DNA of 64,000 bases. It comes from Vulcanimicrobiota bacterium (GTDB lineage Bacteria > Vulcanimicrobiota > Xenobia > Xenobiales > JADMJV01). Where the stretch lies: contig JBFWNU010000001.1 of assembly GCA_050250895.1 (NCBI GenBank), positions 3,140,891 to 3,204,890 of the forward strand. Direction: 5' to 3'. Below, one piece after another: positions 19,219-27,962 of this stretch; positions within the stretch are counted from its first letter, which is position 1; every line of letters starts with the position of its first letter. The translations under genes were made by a program, and so were the position numbers. The notes under the pieces are model-generated. The model was not told the origin of the DNA. It saw nothing but the letters and a program-made list of their open reading frames with translations, and did no database searches.

Positions 19219-19806
19219 CTAGGTTCCCTTCTTCTCCTGGTCGAGGCGGGCTTGAGCCTTCTGCTCTTTCAGGCGAGCGCCAGCGGCCACTTCTTCATCC
19301 GCGTCCGACAGCGGAGCGATGGTGTTGTGAGAGGGAGCCAGAGCCGAACGCTGGACCTTCTGCATCTTCTTGACCGTCTTTTCAGCGTCGGCGTCTTCGC
19401 CGGTGTCGATCATGACCTTGCCGGCCACTCGATAGGCCTGTCCATCGGGCCCGAGCTTGGACTCATAGCTGGGCATGCCCTGGGCCAATTCTTCGGCGGC
19501 CCGGTAGTGGTCCATCTCGTGTTCTTCGACGGCCTTGTCGACCTTGCGCAGCTCTTTGAGTTGCTCACGCTGGCCGTCGGTCATCTCGCCGAGCTTCTCC
19601 CGCGAGACCGAGGGACCACCATCGGTGGAAAAGGCGCTCATCAAACCGTCGAGCAGGTTGCCCGAGGCGCCCTTGTCTTTGCCTTCGGAGGGGGCCCGAG
19701 AGAACTGGTCGGCTTGACCGGCCTGGGCTGGTTGCGAGCCAGCCTTGCGGGCCAGCGGAGGGGCGGTCAGGCGGGGGGCGTCGTTCTCGCGAATGCTACC
19801 GATCAT
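19219..19806 (-). CDS. SprA-related family protein
   Basis: DKAVEEHEMDH, GPDGQAYRVAGKV.ID, KMQKVQRSALAP..LSDAD. GGAGG precedes ATG 19806. Confidence 0.75.
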   Translation of the reverse strand: MIGSIRENDAPRLTAPPLARKAGSQPAQAGQADQFSRAPSEGKDKGASGNLLDGLMSAFSTDGGPSVSREKLGEMTDGQREQLKELRKVDKAVEEHEMDHYRAAEELAQGMPSYESKLGPDGQAYRVAGKVMIDTGEDADAEKTVKKMQKVQRSALAPSHNTIAPLSDADEEVAAGARLKEQKAQARLDQEKKGT

Positions 19807-19863
19807 CTCCTCCATTGTAGCAGCGATCCGATGTCCAGGTGTTAAGGAAAGGTAACGATTGCT

Positions 19864-20268
19864 TTACACTTTTAGTCCAGGAATCTGCCCGGCCAGGCGA
19901 CTGGCGAGCTGCTCGCCGGCCTTCTGTTTGACAAACTCGAAGAACATGCTCAAGAAACTGGGCGCTTTGTCGGCGTCTAGCCCCGAACCGGACAGGGCCG
20001 AGACCAGCTGGGTCAATCCGGCCACCTTGTCGCCGCCCAGGGCCCCGGCGGCGGCGCCCATCAGGCTGCCGAAGCCCGCGCCCACTCCCTCGGGACTCTG
20101 CACCAGGTCGGCGGCGCCGGGAACCTGGTTGAGCAGCTCTTGAAAGTCACCCTGAGCGACTTGCTTTTGAAGGGCAGACAGCAGTCCGCTGGTGGCGTTC
20201 TCGGCCGTGCCCTGATCCAGATCGAGGCTCCTGGAGGCGCTGGCGATGAAGTCGCTGATGCTAGTCAT
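19864..20268 (-). CDS. DUF2780-like protein
   Basis: Helical Gly/Ala-rich pattern AENATSGLL...FQELLNQVPGAADLV...GLDADKAPSF. Confidence 0.65.
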   Translation of the reverse strand: MTSISDFIASASRSLDLDQGTAENATSGLLSALQKQVAQGDFQELLNQVPGAADLVQSPEGVGAGFGSLMGAAAGALGGDKVAGLTQLVSALSGSGLDADKAPSFLSMFFEFVKQKAGEQLASRLAGQIPGLKV

Positions 20269-20323
20269 GAAGCGGACTATTCCCGTCTGGAGGGTTGTTC
20301 CCTCTCGGACGGAATCTGGGCTC

Positions 20324-21205
20324 GTGAAGAAGCTGCTATTCTCGCTGGCCTACAGCAATCTCTGGCTGGCCCTTTCGGCCGCCGGGCAGACCTGGGTGAA
20401 CGCTCACCTGCTGGGGATTCCACCCCGCAAGCTGCCGGCCATCCTGGCCGTCATGTCGATGTACTGGGTCTATACCTTCGCCAAGACGGTTCGCTTCGAC
20501 CCCGCCGCCGACGCCGTCAACGACCCCGAGCGCACGGCCTTCCTCAAGCGTTGGCGATTGCCCCTGATCGTGTGGGGGATCAGTGCGCTGGTAGTGGGGT
20601 CTTACCTGGCCTGGCAGAGGTCGGCCACGACCTTATTCATCTTCTTATTGCCGGCGCTGGCTGGCGTCCTCTACGATGTGAAGTTTCTGCCGACCGGCTT
20701 CCGGTATCGGCGACTCAAGGACATCACCGGCGTCAAAGGTCTGGTCGTGGCCCTGGCCTGGACCATCCTGACGGTGGGGCTGCCCATTTGCTTCCATTGC
20801 TGTCGACCGAACGCAGGTCTGATCTGGTTGGTAGGCTTCTGGAATTTCGCGAACTGGTTCGTGAATACCACCTACTTCGACCTGGGTGATCTGGCCGGCG
20901 ATCGCGCCGAGGGCACGGTCACCATACCTGTTCGCTTCGGCTATGCCGCCACCCGTCGCGGACTACACTGTCTCAATCTGTTGGCCTGGCTGGTTCTGAG
21001 CGGGGGAGTCTGGGCCGGATGGTTGCCGTGGTTGGCCCATTTTCCTGGCTTGATCGTGCTGGTGAACTACTACATTCTGAGCCGAGCTCGGTCAGAAGAG
21101 GCCGACATCTCGTTCGAGTGTGATATCATATCAGACGGAGTCTACATCTGGGCGGCTGCTCTGTTGGCCCTTTCAGAAATATTTTTGGGCTCTGTCCTAG
21201 TCTAG
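20324..21205 (+). CDS. UbiA prenyltransferase family protein
   Basis: DAVNDPER, RLKDITGVK, FDLGDLAGDRAEGTVTIP, multiple TM segments. Start at GTG 20324. Confidence 0.85.
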   Translation: MKKLLFSLAYSNLWLALSAAGQTWVNAHLLGIPPRKLPAILAVMSMYWVYTFAKTVRFDPAADAVNDPERTAFLKRWRLPLIVWGISALVVGSYLAWQRSATTLFIFLLPALAGVLYDVKFLPTGFRYRRLKDITGVKGLVVALAWTILTVGLPICFHCCRPNAGLIWLVGFWNFANWFVNTTYFDLGDLAGDRAEGTVTIPVRFGYAATRRGLHCLNLLAWLVLSGGVWAGWLPWLAHFPGLIVLVNYYILSRARSEEADISFECDIISDGVYIWAAALLALSEIFLGSVLV

Positions 21206-21209
21206 TTCC

Positions 21210-22400
21210 ATGATTCACAATATCGCCACCGCCAGACCCGTGATCGCTACCCCCACTCGAGCTGCGTCGACCGCTCCGGCGACTCCGCAAACTCCTGAGG
21301 CTCCGGTGAGCGACCGCGTTCAGTTGCAGCAGTTGGCGCCCCTCGAGAGCCCCAAGAAGGCCATCGACACGCTGGTCAGCGGACTGGGCTATTGCGAATT
21401 TCCCCAGGTGTCGCCTGACGGCCAGACCCTGGTCTTCAACGTGGTCCACGACTATGCCACTTCGCAGGTGATGGTGGTGCCCGCCAAAGGCGGCAAGGTG
21501 AAGGCCCTGGACACCGGCGAGCGTATCAAGCCCGAGAACGTCTCTGAGTATCTGGCTGCCCACGAAGGTCATATCCTCGAGCAGGCCAGCTGGGCCCGAG
21601 ACGGCAAGTCCCTTTTCTTCCGCAGCAACGAGCAGGGCACATTCGGTATCGGCCAGCACAATATGGCCGACGGCAGTCGCCAGATGCTGGTGCACAACCC
21701 CGACCTCAACATGAAGCATCCCAGCGAGATGCCCGACGGACGCATTGTTTGCTACGGCGGCCCGCCCAGCCAGCAATACCCCACCGTCGATCAATTTTCC
21801 AACCTTTTTATCGCCGACCCCAGCAACGGCGCCATCACGATGCTGACCGATTCGACCGGAGATTTCGCCTACAAGCACCCGGCCGTGCTCGGCGATGTGG
21901 TGGTGGCTCACAAAGAAGACAAACAGGCCGACGGAATGGCCGACCTGATTCGTCTCGACCCGGTCACTCGCGAGCAGGTGAAGATCACCGACACTCCTAC
22001 CGCCGACGAGCGCCATCCCTTCCACAGCCCGGCCGTGGACCTGCTGGTGTACCACCGCAAAGAAGACGGCGATAAGAACCTGGTGCTCTCGACCCCTGAC
22101 GGCAGCCGCACCGCTCAGCTGACCTTCTACGGTCGCCCGGCCCAGTCGCCCTGTTGGTCGCCCGACGGCAAGAAGATTTACTTCGTCAAGAAAGACATCA
22201 AGCAAGCAGAGGGCGAGCCGTTCTATGCTCGCCAGTCCGAAATCCGCGTCATGGATGTCGAGAAGGCCCTCAAAGACCTGAAGAAACAGGCTAAGGACCA
22301 GGTCGAGAAGCTCGAAGGCGAGGGCGCCAAGCCCGAACTGATCGAACTCGCCCGTCAGCAACTCGACAATTACAGCTACTTCTTGCGGAGGTACGACTAG
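21210..22400 (+). CDS. TolB-like PD40 beta-propeller protein
   Basis: PQVSPDGQTLVF, ASWARDGKSLFF, PCWSPDGKKIYF. Confidence 0.85.
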   Translation: MIHNIATARPVIATPTRAASTAPATPQTPEAPVSDRVQLQQLAPLESPKKAIDTLVSGLGYCEFPQVSPDGQTLVFNVVHDYATSQVMVVPAKGGKVKALDTGERIKPENVSEYLAAHEGHILEQASWARDGKSLFFRSNEQGTFGIGQHNMADGSRQMLVHNPDLNMKHPSEMPDGRIVCYGGPPSQQYPTVDQFSNLFIADPSNGAITMLTDSTGDFAYKHPAVLGDVVVAHKEDKQADGMADLIRLDPVTREQVKITDTPTADERHPFHSPAVDLLVYHRKEDGDKNLVLSTPDGSRTAQLTFYGRPAQSPCWSPDGKKIYFVKKDIKQAEGEPFYARQSEIRVMDVEKALKDLKKQAKDQVEKLEGEGAKPELIELARQQLDNYSYFLRRYD

Positions 22401-22406
22401 CCCCTC

Positions 22407-23378
22407 GTGATCAATACCCACGGTTTTCTCATCGCCGGTCAGCCGCTCGCTCACACCGCTGCCCCCACTCCCGGCCGCCAGTTTCTGCTGGAGGGCACCA
22501 CCGATGTTTATGAGGTGTTGCCTCGCGAGCACCGGTTCCAGCCGGGCGAAGGCCCCATTTATCCGGCTCTGGGCAAGAAGCTGCTCCCGGCCGTCGACGC
22601 CCTCGAACAGACGGTGGGCCAGCTGGGTAAGCACCCCACTCCGGAAGAAGCCGACCGCTCCAACATTCGGCGCCTGATCCGGGTCATGCTGACGCTCTCG
22701 AGCGCTTATCAAGATAGCTATCCTGACAAGAAGCTGACCAAAGCCACCCGCAAGCTCAAGCGCGTGGCCTCGGCCATCGGCAAATACAAAGACCATGGCA
22801 TCCTCCAGCAAAAAGTTGACGAGCTCTATCCCAACGGCGTTCCCAGGAAGCTCCAGAAGCGCCTCGATGCTCACCTGGAAAAGCGCGAGGCTGACTTCAA
22901 GAAGGCCTACCGCCAGTTTCGCAAAGAGGATCTGGCCTACGTGGTCGATGTCCTCAGTCGGCCCGCCAGTCTCGACGGTACGCGTTCACCCCACGACATC
23001 CAAAGCGCCGACTGCGCGCGGCTGAGTGGTCACCTGTCGGGTCTGGTCGACGAGGTCGAGAAGGTCGGGCTCACCCATCACGATCCTCACGATTTTCACG
23101 AAGGCCGCAAGGCCTTGCGCTGGGTGCTGCTGACCGCTCAGGGCACTAACGACGTGCTGCCGATTCCTTCGGGCTCGATCGATTCGATGTCGAACCTGGT
23201 CAACGGGTTGGGCGTGGCTCAGGACAGCTGCATCGCCTGGGAGTGGCTGCGCGACGAGGGCTTCAAGTCTGAGGCCAAGGCCATGGAGAAGGAATACTGG
23301 GACCTGCACGACCACGAGTTGGTGGCCGCTCGCCAGTTCCTCGACGCCGGTCACCTCGATCAACTGCGCTCGCTCTAG
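22407..23378 (+). CDS. CHAD domain protein
   Basis: IRRLIR, IGKYKD, FHEGRKALR, LGVAQD, basic helical composition. Confidence 0.7.
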   Translation: MINTHGFLIAGQPLAHTAAPTPGRQFLLEGTTDVYEVLPREHRFQPGEGPIYPALGKKLLPAVDALEQTVGQLGKHPTPEEADRSNIRRLIRVMLTLSSAYQDSYPDKKLTKATRKLKRVASAIGKYKDHGILQQKVDELYPNGVPRKLQKRLDAHLEKREADFKKAYRQFRKEDLAYVVDVLSRPASLDGTRSPHDIQSADCARLSGHLSGLVDEVEKVGLTHHDPHDFHEGRKALRWVLLTAQGTNDVLPIPSGSIDSMSNLVNGLGVAQDSCIAWEWLRDEGFKSEAKAMEKEYWDLHDHELVAARQFLDAGHLDQLRSL

Positions 23379-23908
23379 AGGCCCAGTTCACCTTCGCTGC
23401 GCTCGAGCCGGCGGTCGTGCCACTTGACCTTTTCGTTAACGACCGCGACCTTGGCGTGAAACTCTTCGCTGACGACTCCGAGGTAGCGGGCGAACAGTTG
23501 GTGCATCGTGTCGTGCATCTTCTCGAACTGCTCACCGATGAAGGCCATGGCGTCGGCATCGGCCTGGTCTTTGTTGACCATCCACTGACTATGCTCGTTG
23601 AGGATGCGAGTGTGCTCGTGGAGTAGGGCTGTGTGCTCGTCTAGCTTGCGACTGTGTTCGTCAAGCTTTTGGCTGTGCTCGTCAAGCTTTTGGCCGTGCT
23701 CGTCAAGCTTTCGGCCGTGCTCGTCAAGCTTTCGGCCGTGCTCGTCAAGCTTCTCGGTATGCTCGTCAAGCTTCTGGGTATGCTCGTCAAGCTTCTGGCG
23801 ATGCTCGATATGGTGCTGGGTGTGATCGGCTAGAACTTCTGAGTGGCGCTTGAGAATGTCGGTGTTCTCGGCGACCTGGCGATGGAGGTCTTTCATAGGC
23901 TCCACCAT
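23375..23908 (-). CDS. Heptad-repeat coiled-coil protein
   Basis: Eight KLDEHxx heptads plus degenerate flanking heptads. Confidence 0.75.
   Translation of the reverse strand: MVEPMKDLHRQVAENTDILKRHSEVLADHTQHHIEHRQKLDEHTQKLDEHTEKLDEHGRKLDEHGRKLDEHGQKLDEHSQKLDEHSRKLDEHTALLHEHTRILNEHSQWMVNKDQADADAMAFIGEQFEKMHDTMHQLFARYLGVVSEEFHAKVAVVNEKVKWHDRRLERSEGELGL
23633..23797. repeat. Intragenic 21-bp tandem repeat (8 copies)
   Basis: Recurrent tgctcgtcaagctt core at 21-bp spacing. Confidence 0.9.
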
Positions 23909-23947
23909 ACGCCTTTCGGCCGGCGGCTACAAGAAGACAAACATTCG

Positions 23948-24319
23948 CTACCAGGGATTGACCGAATGTTCCAGATACCCACCTTGCTGGTCGAACAAAA
24001 AGCCTCCGTAGTTGACGAAGTCGATGCGAAAGCAGTCAGGGCCGTTGGACTTGACCACCGGGGGATGGTCGAGTAGCCAGGATTGCTTGTCGTCGATGCA
24101 GGCAAAGGCGCTCTGCAAGACACCGTTGGTGAGCGGGACCGGTCGCCCTGAATCGGCGAAACAGCCTGTCTTCGGGTCGATGAAGGCGCGAGCCCCGGGA
24201 GCCAGTCCGGCCAGGCTTTCTTTGGCCTGCCAGCCGCTGACTTCCAGCGGGATACGATAGCTGCCGACTCCGTTGCCGGCGTGGTGAACGGAGAGTCTGG
24301 TATTAATCATCGGCCGCAC
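23948..24319 (-). CDS. Hypothetical protein
   Basis: 123-aa ORF filling the gap downstream of the tRNA, no motif recognised. Confidence 0.55.
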   Translation of the reverse strand: MRPMINTRLSVHHAGNGVGSYRIPLEVSGWQAKESLAGLAPGARAFIDPKTGCFADSGRPVPLTNGVLQSAFACIDDKQSWLLDHPPVVKSNGPDCFRIDFVNYGGFLFDQQGGYLEHSVNPW

Positions 24320-24401
24320 TGTACTTGAGTCGGCTTAACCAACTCTGAAAGTCAGAGCAGCGTCTCACCACCATAAGTCACCACCGCCGCGCGGCCGGGA
24401 G

Positions 24402-24433
24402 AAAAAAAGAGCTCCTCGACGGAAGTCTGGAGC
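24402..24433 (-). terminator. Intrinsic terminator after tRNA-Met
   Basis: Minus strand AGCTCCagac-ttcc-gtcgaGGAGCT followed by a T-run. Confidence 0.6.
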
Positions 24434-24508
24434 TGGTGGCGGGGGGGAGAATCGAACTCCCGACCAAGGGCTTATGAGTCCCCTGCTCTGCCGCTGAGCT
24501 ACCCCGCC
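24434..24508 (-). tRNA. tRNA with CAT anticodon (probably elongator Met, Ile2 not excluded)
   Basis: GGCGGGGTAGCTCAG...CTCATAA...GTTCGATTC...CCGCCACCA cloverleaf. The paired G1:C72 argues against an initiator. Confidence 0.92.
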
Positions 24509-24517
24509 GCAGAATGC

Positions 24518-24546
24518 ATATTACGACCTCGGCCAGGGGATGTCAA
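24518..24546 (-). promoter_or_regulatory. Sigma70 promoter of tRNA-Met
   Basis: TTGACA-17bp-TAATAT. Confidence 0.75.
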
Positions 24547-24587
24547 GCTCTCGGAGGGAACGGCCGGGCGACCACAAACTAGCCCGC

Positions 24588-25853
24588 ATGGATCCTTTAG
24601 AGCTGGACGTTCGCTCCGAGATTGGCAGGCTGCGGGCGGTCATGACGCACCGTCCCGGGCGAGAAGTGGATCGGATGGTCCCGGGCATGATGAGCGAGTT
24701 GCTCTTCGAGGACATCCTCTATGGCCAGGACGCCCGTGCTGAGCACGACGCTTTTCGCAGCGTACTGGCGGTCGTGGCCGACGAGGTACTCGACATCAGT
24801 ACTTTCCTGGCCGAAGCGCTGGTGGATGACAGTGTCCGGATGGCCTTTATCCAGGCTGTCTCTTACCTCGAGCAACTCCACCCCGAAACGGCCGAGATGC
24901 TCTCGGGGATGAGCGCGCCCAAACTGGCCGACGCCGTCATCGGCGGCCTCGAGTATGAAGAGACCTTCCGTGGCTGGCGAGTGACCCCGCTCCCCAATCT
25001 GCTGTTCGTGCGCGACCCGCTGGTGGTGGCCCAGGACGGCGTGTTGATGGGCTCCATGGCTCGCGTTGCTCGACGTCGCGAACCCCTCATCATGGAGTTC
25101 GCCTACGGCTACCACCCGCGTCTGCGCCTTAAGAAGACCGACCGATTCTATTTTGATGCCCTCAATCGTCCCGGCTATCTGCGCCGACGAACCGTGCCCG
25201 GTCTCGAGGGGGGCGACTTTGCCGTTCTCAGCGACAAGGTGCTGGCCATCGGCCGCTCTGAGCGCACCAGCGAAGTGGCCATCGATCTCCTGGCCAATTC
25301 CTTGATCAATAACAGTTCCATTGAGACGATCCTCATGGTTTTGCTGCCCGAAGAGCGGGCCATGATGCACCTCGACACTGTCTTTAGCCAGACCAACCAT
25401 GAGGAGTGTCTGGTGTATCCACCTTTCTTCATCGGCGAAGGTCCCGATGTCTGCCCGGTGATTCGCAAAGACTTGCGCCGGGGGCATGTACACTCCGAAC
25501 TCAAGCCGTCGCTGCTCGAGGCTCTGGCCGAGGAGGGCATCCAGCTCGAGCCTATCCCGTGTGGAGGCAAAGACCCCATCAACCAGCGCCGCGAACAGTG
25601 GACCGACGGAGCCAACGCTGTGGCTCTGGCCCCCGGCGTGATCATCCTCTACGAGCGCAATCGTTACACCGTCGACGAATTGGCTGCCCGGGGCTACCAG
25701 GTGGTCCATCCTGACGAGGTTGCCGCCGGCAAGGTTTCTCTGGACCTTTCAGGACCCAAGAAATACGTGGTGCTGGTGGAAGGCCACGAGTTGTCTCGGG
25801 CACGTGGGGGCCCCCACTGCATGACGATGCCTTTGAAGCGCGATTCGATTTGA
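24588..25853 (+). CDS. arcA: Arginine deiminase
   Basis: VRSEIGRLRAVMTHRPG, PNLLFVRD, LEGGD, MHLDTVF, EQWTDGAN, ELSRARGGPHCMTMPL. Confidence 0.95.
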   Translation: MDPLELDVRSEIGRLRAVMTHRPGREVDRMVPGMMSELLFEDILYGQDARAEHDAFRSVLAVVADEVLDISTFLAEALVDDSVRMAFIQAVSYLEQLHPETAEMLSGMSAPKLADAVIGGLEYEETFRGWRVTPLPNLLFVRDPLVVAQDGVLMGSMARVARRREPLIMEFAYGYHPRLRLKKTDRFYFDALNRPGYLRRRTVPGLEGGDFAVLSDKVLAIGRSERTSEVAIDLLANSLINNSSIETILMVLLPEERAMMHLDTVFSQTNHEECLVYPPFFIGEGPDVCPVIRKDLRRGHVHSELKPSLLEALAEEGIQLEPIPCGGKDPINQRREQWTDGANAVALAPGVIILYERNRYTVDELAARGYQVVHPDEVAAGKVSLDLSGPKKYVVLVEGHELSRARGGPHCMTMPLKRDSI

Positions 25854-25878
25854 CACTCTCGGGTCAAAGCTATACCAT
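25850..25878 (+). promoter_or_regulatory. Sigma70 promoter
   Basis: TTGACA-17bp-TACCAT upstream of the hemolysin-family gene. Confidence 0.6.
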
Positions 25879-25947
25879 GCCCTCTATGGGAGACCCTTCC
25901 CTATCGGACCTCGATGAACCGCCTTCAGGAGTGAGTTTCTGGCCGTC

Positions 25948-27318
25948 GTGAATCTCGCTCCTTTCTTGCTTCTGGCCGAGACCGGCGAACACGCGCTGCC
26001 TCTTTCCCTGCCCTGGGCCTTTCTGCTCATCGCTTTTCTGTTACTACTCAACGGCTATTTCGTAGCTCTCGAGTTCGCCCTGGTGGCGGTGCGCAAGACG
26101 CGCATCGACCAGATGGTGCGCGAGGGCGTGCGGGGCGCGGCTTCGGTCAAAAGAGGCAAGGAGAAGGTCGACGACTTTGTAGCCACCGCCCAGCTCGGGA
26201 TCACGGTGGCCAGCCTGGCCATCGGTCGCTTGATCGAGCCAGCGGTGGTAGCCGTCATTCAAAAGCCGTTTCACGACCATCTCGGGATCGAGATCACCGG
26301 CCGGGGCGGGCTGGGCTTCGCTTTGGGGCTGGGCATCGGCACCATACTCCACGTTGTCCTGGGTGAGCAGGTGCCCAAAATGCTGGCCATTCAGCAGCCC
26401 ACGCGCCTGGCTCTATGGTTGGCGCCGCCGGCCGAGATTCTCCTGACCATCTGCCGACCTTTCGTCTGGTTTCTGTCGGCCTTGACCCACATCAGCCTCA
26501 AGCCATTCGGCGTCCAGGCCGATGGGGGTCATCACGACGGGCCTCCTCACTCAGAGGAAGAAATCCGCGATATTCTCACCCGCCGGCTGCAGGCCGGGCT
26601 GGCCGAAGAGGCCGAGAACGAGATGATCGCCCGGGTTTTCAACTTCTTCGACATGTCGGCCACCCAGATCATGATTCCCCGTACCGAGATGGTCTTCGTG
26701 CCCGGCAGCGCCAATGTTCGCGAGGTCATGCAGATCGCCTCGGAAGAAGGCCACGACCGCTACCCGGTCTATGGAGAGAATATCGACGAGATCGTGGGGA
26801 TCCTGCTCCTCAAAGACCTCGTGAGCTTCATCGCCGAAGACCCCGATTCTTTGGACCGTCCCATCGACAACCTGTTGCGCGAGGCCCTCTGCGTGCCGGG
26901 TAGCGTGTCGGGTTCGGCTTTGATGACACAGATGCGCGAGCAACACACTCGCCTGGCCATCGTGCTCGACGAATACGGCGGCACAGCTGGAATGGTCACG
27001 CTCGGCGATGTGCTCGAGCGGATCGTGGGCGAGGTCGATGAGGAGACCGAAGAACTGGAGATGGAGGACGTGGTCGAACTCGCTCCCAATCTCTATTCGG
27101 TGTCGGGCCTTCTGCTCACCGAGGACATCGAGGAACTTTTCGAGTCAAAGATCGAAGACGAGCACAACGACACCATCGGCGGAGTAGTCTTTAGCCAACT
27201 GGGGCGCCGTCCCGAGGTGGGCGACGAAGTACGTTTGAACGGGCTGGTGTTTCGCGTCGAGCGCCTCGACGGTCTGCGCATCGACCGTCTGCGCGTGCGG
27301 CTGGAGCCCGACGAGTAG
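25948..27318 (+). CDS. Hemolysin family/CNNM (DUF21-CBS-CorC) protein
   Basis: NGYFVALEFAL, QLGITVASL, GEQVPK, MIPRTEM, DEYGGTAGMVT, ERIVGEV. Confidence 0.95.
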   Translation: MNLAPFLLLAETGEHALPLSLPWAFLLIAFLLLLNGYFVALEFALVAVRKTRIDQMVREGVRGAASVKRGKEKVDDFVATAQLGITVASLAIGRLIEPAVVAVIQKPFHDHLGIEITGRGGLGFALGLGIGTILHVVLGEQVPKMLAIQQPTRLALWLAPPAEILLTICRPFVWFLSALTHISLKPFGVQADGGHHDGPPHSEEEIRDILTRRLQAGLAEEAENEMIARVFNFFDMSATQIMIPRTEMVFVPGSANVREVMQIASEEGHDRYPVYGENIDEIVGILLLKDLVSFIAEDPDSLDRPIDNLLREALCVPGSVSGSALMTQMREQHTRLAIVLDEYGGTAGMVTLGDVLERIVGEVDEETEELEMEDVVELAPNLYSVSGLLLTEDIEELFESKIEDEHNDTIGGVVFSQLGRRPEVGDEVRLNGLVFRVERLDGLRIDRLRVRLEPDE

Positions 27319-27422
27319 TCAGACGGTAGTCGGCGTTGCCGGCAATATGTGAGGGAAGCGCAACGCAGCCACAGGGGATGGAGCAGCGCCCCGAATGCAC
27401 GAGGGATTTCCTGACAGGCCCC

Positions 27423-27806
27423 TTAGTAGTGGGTACAGTACATGCGGTGCTGCTGGCAGTAGTAGGGCGGGTTGTTGCAGCCGGGCTGGCGTCCGTGCCG
27501 ACCGCGCGAGTTGTAGTTGCGGTTGTCACAACGGGGGTCGTAGTAGCCCTGGTTATAGTAACCTTGATTATAATAGCCCTGGTTATAATAGCCCTGGTTG
27601 TAGTATCCGCGGTTGCGATAGTAGGGTTGATGGTTGCAGTAGCGATTGTGGGCGCCGCACCAGTAGCCGCCGCGGTTGCCACCCACCGAGATGGTCACGC
27701 TGGGGCCGTTGCAACCCCCGCCGCCGATACTGATACCGATACCCGGGCCGGCCCAGGCGGCCGAAGTCAGAAAAACAAAAGTTGTAATTGCAAGAATCCA
27801 TCGCAT
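27423..27806 (-). CDS. Small secreted Tyr/Asn/Gly-repeat, Cys/His-containing protein
   Basis: Signal peptide MRWILAITTFVFLTSAAWA and YYNQG x4. Confidence 0.7.
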   Translation of the reverse strand: MRWILAITTFVFLTSAAWAGPGIGISIGGGGCNGPSVTISVGGNRGGYWCGAHNRYCNHQPYYRNRGYYNQGYYNQGYYNQGYYNQGYYDPRCDNRNYNSRGRHGRQPGCNNPPYYCQQHRMYCTHY

Positions 27807-27922
27807 AGTGCCCCCAACATACCCGGCGGCCGGCGGCGCAAATCCTAACAAATCGTAAACTCCGCGGCGTCGGCACCAACCGATGCTTTGAAAAATCACG
27901 GTTTGGCTTCGGCCGCCCAAAT

Positions 27923-27948
27923 AAAAAAGCCACCCCGAAGGGTGGCTT
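27923..27948 (-). terminator. Intrinsic terminator of nrdJ
   Basis: GCCACCC-ttcg-GGGTGGC plus T6 on the minus strand. Confidence 0.85.
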
Positions 27949-27962
27949 CGAAGCCGAGTGGG

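Noticed and set aside
21126-22874. Long antisense ORFs (also 24597-25709, 45610-46920, 49199-50938)
   Set aside because: They are shadows of well-supported opposite-strand genes in high-GC DNA.
23375-24508. Genomic island at tRNA 3' ends (also Pro and Ala)
   Set aside because: No integrase and no duplicated tRNA 3' end (att site) was seen.
25879-25947. Fluoride/metal riboswitch before the CNNM gene
   Set aside because: The conserved riboswitch motifs were not recognisable.
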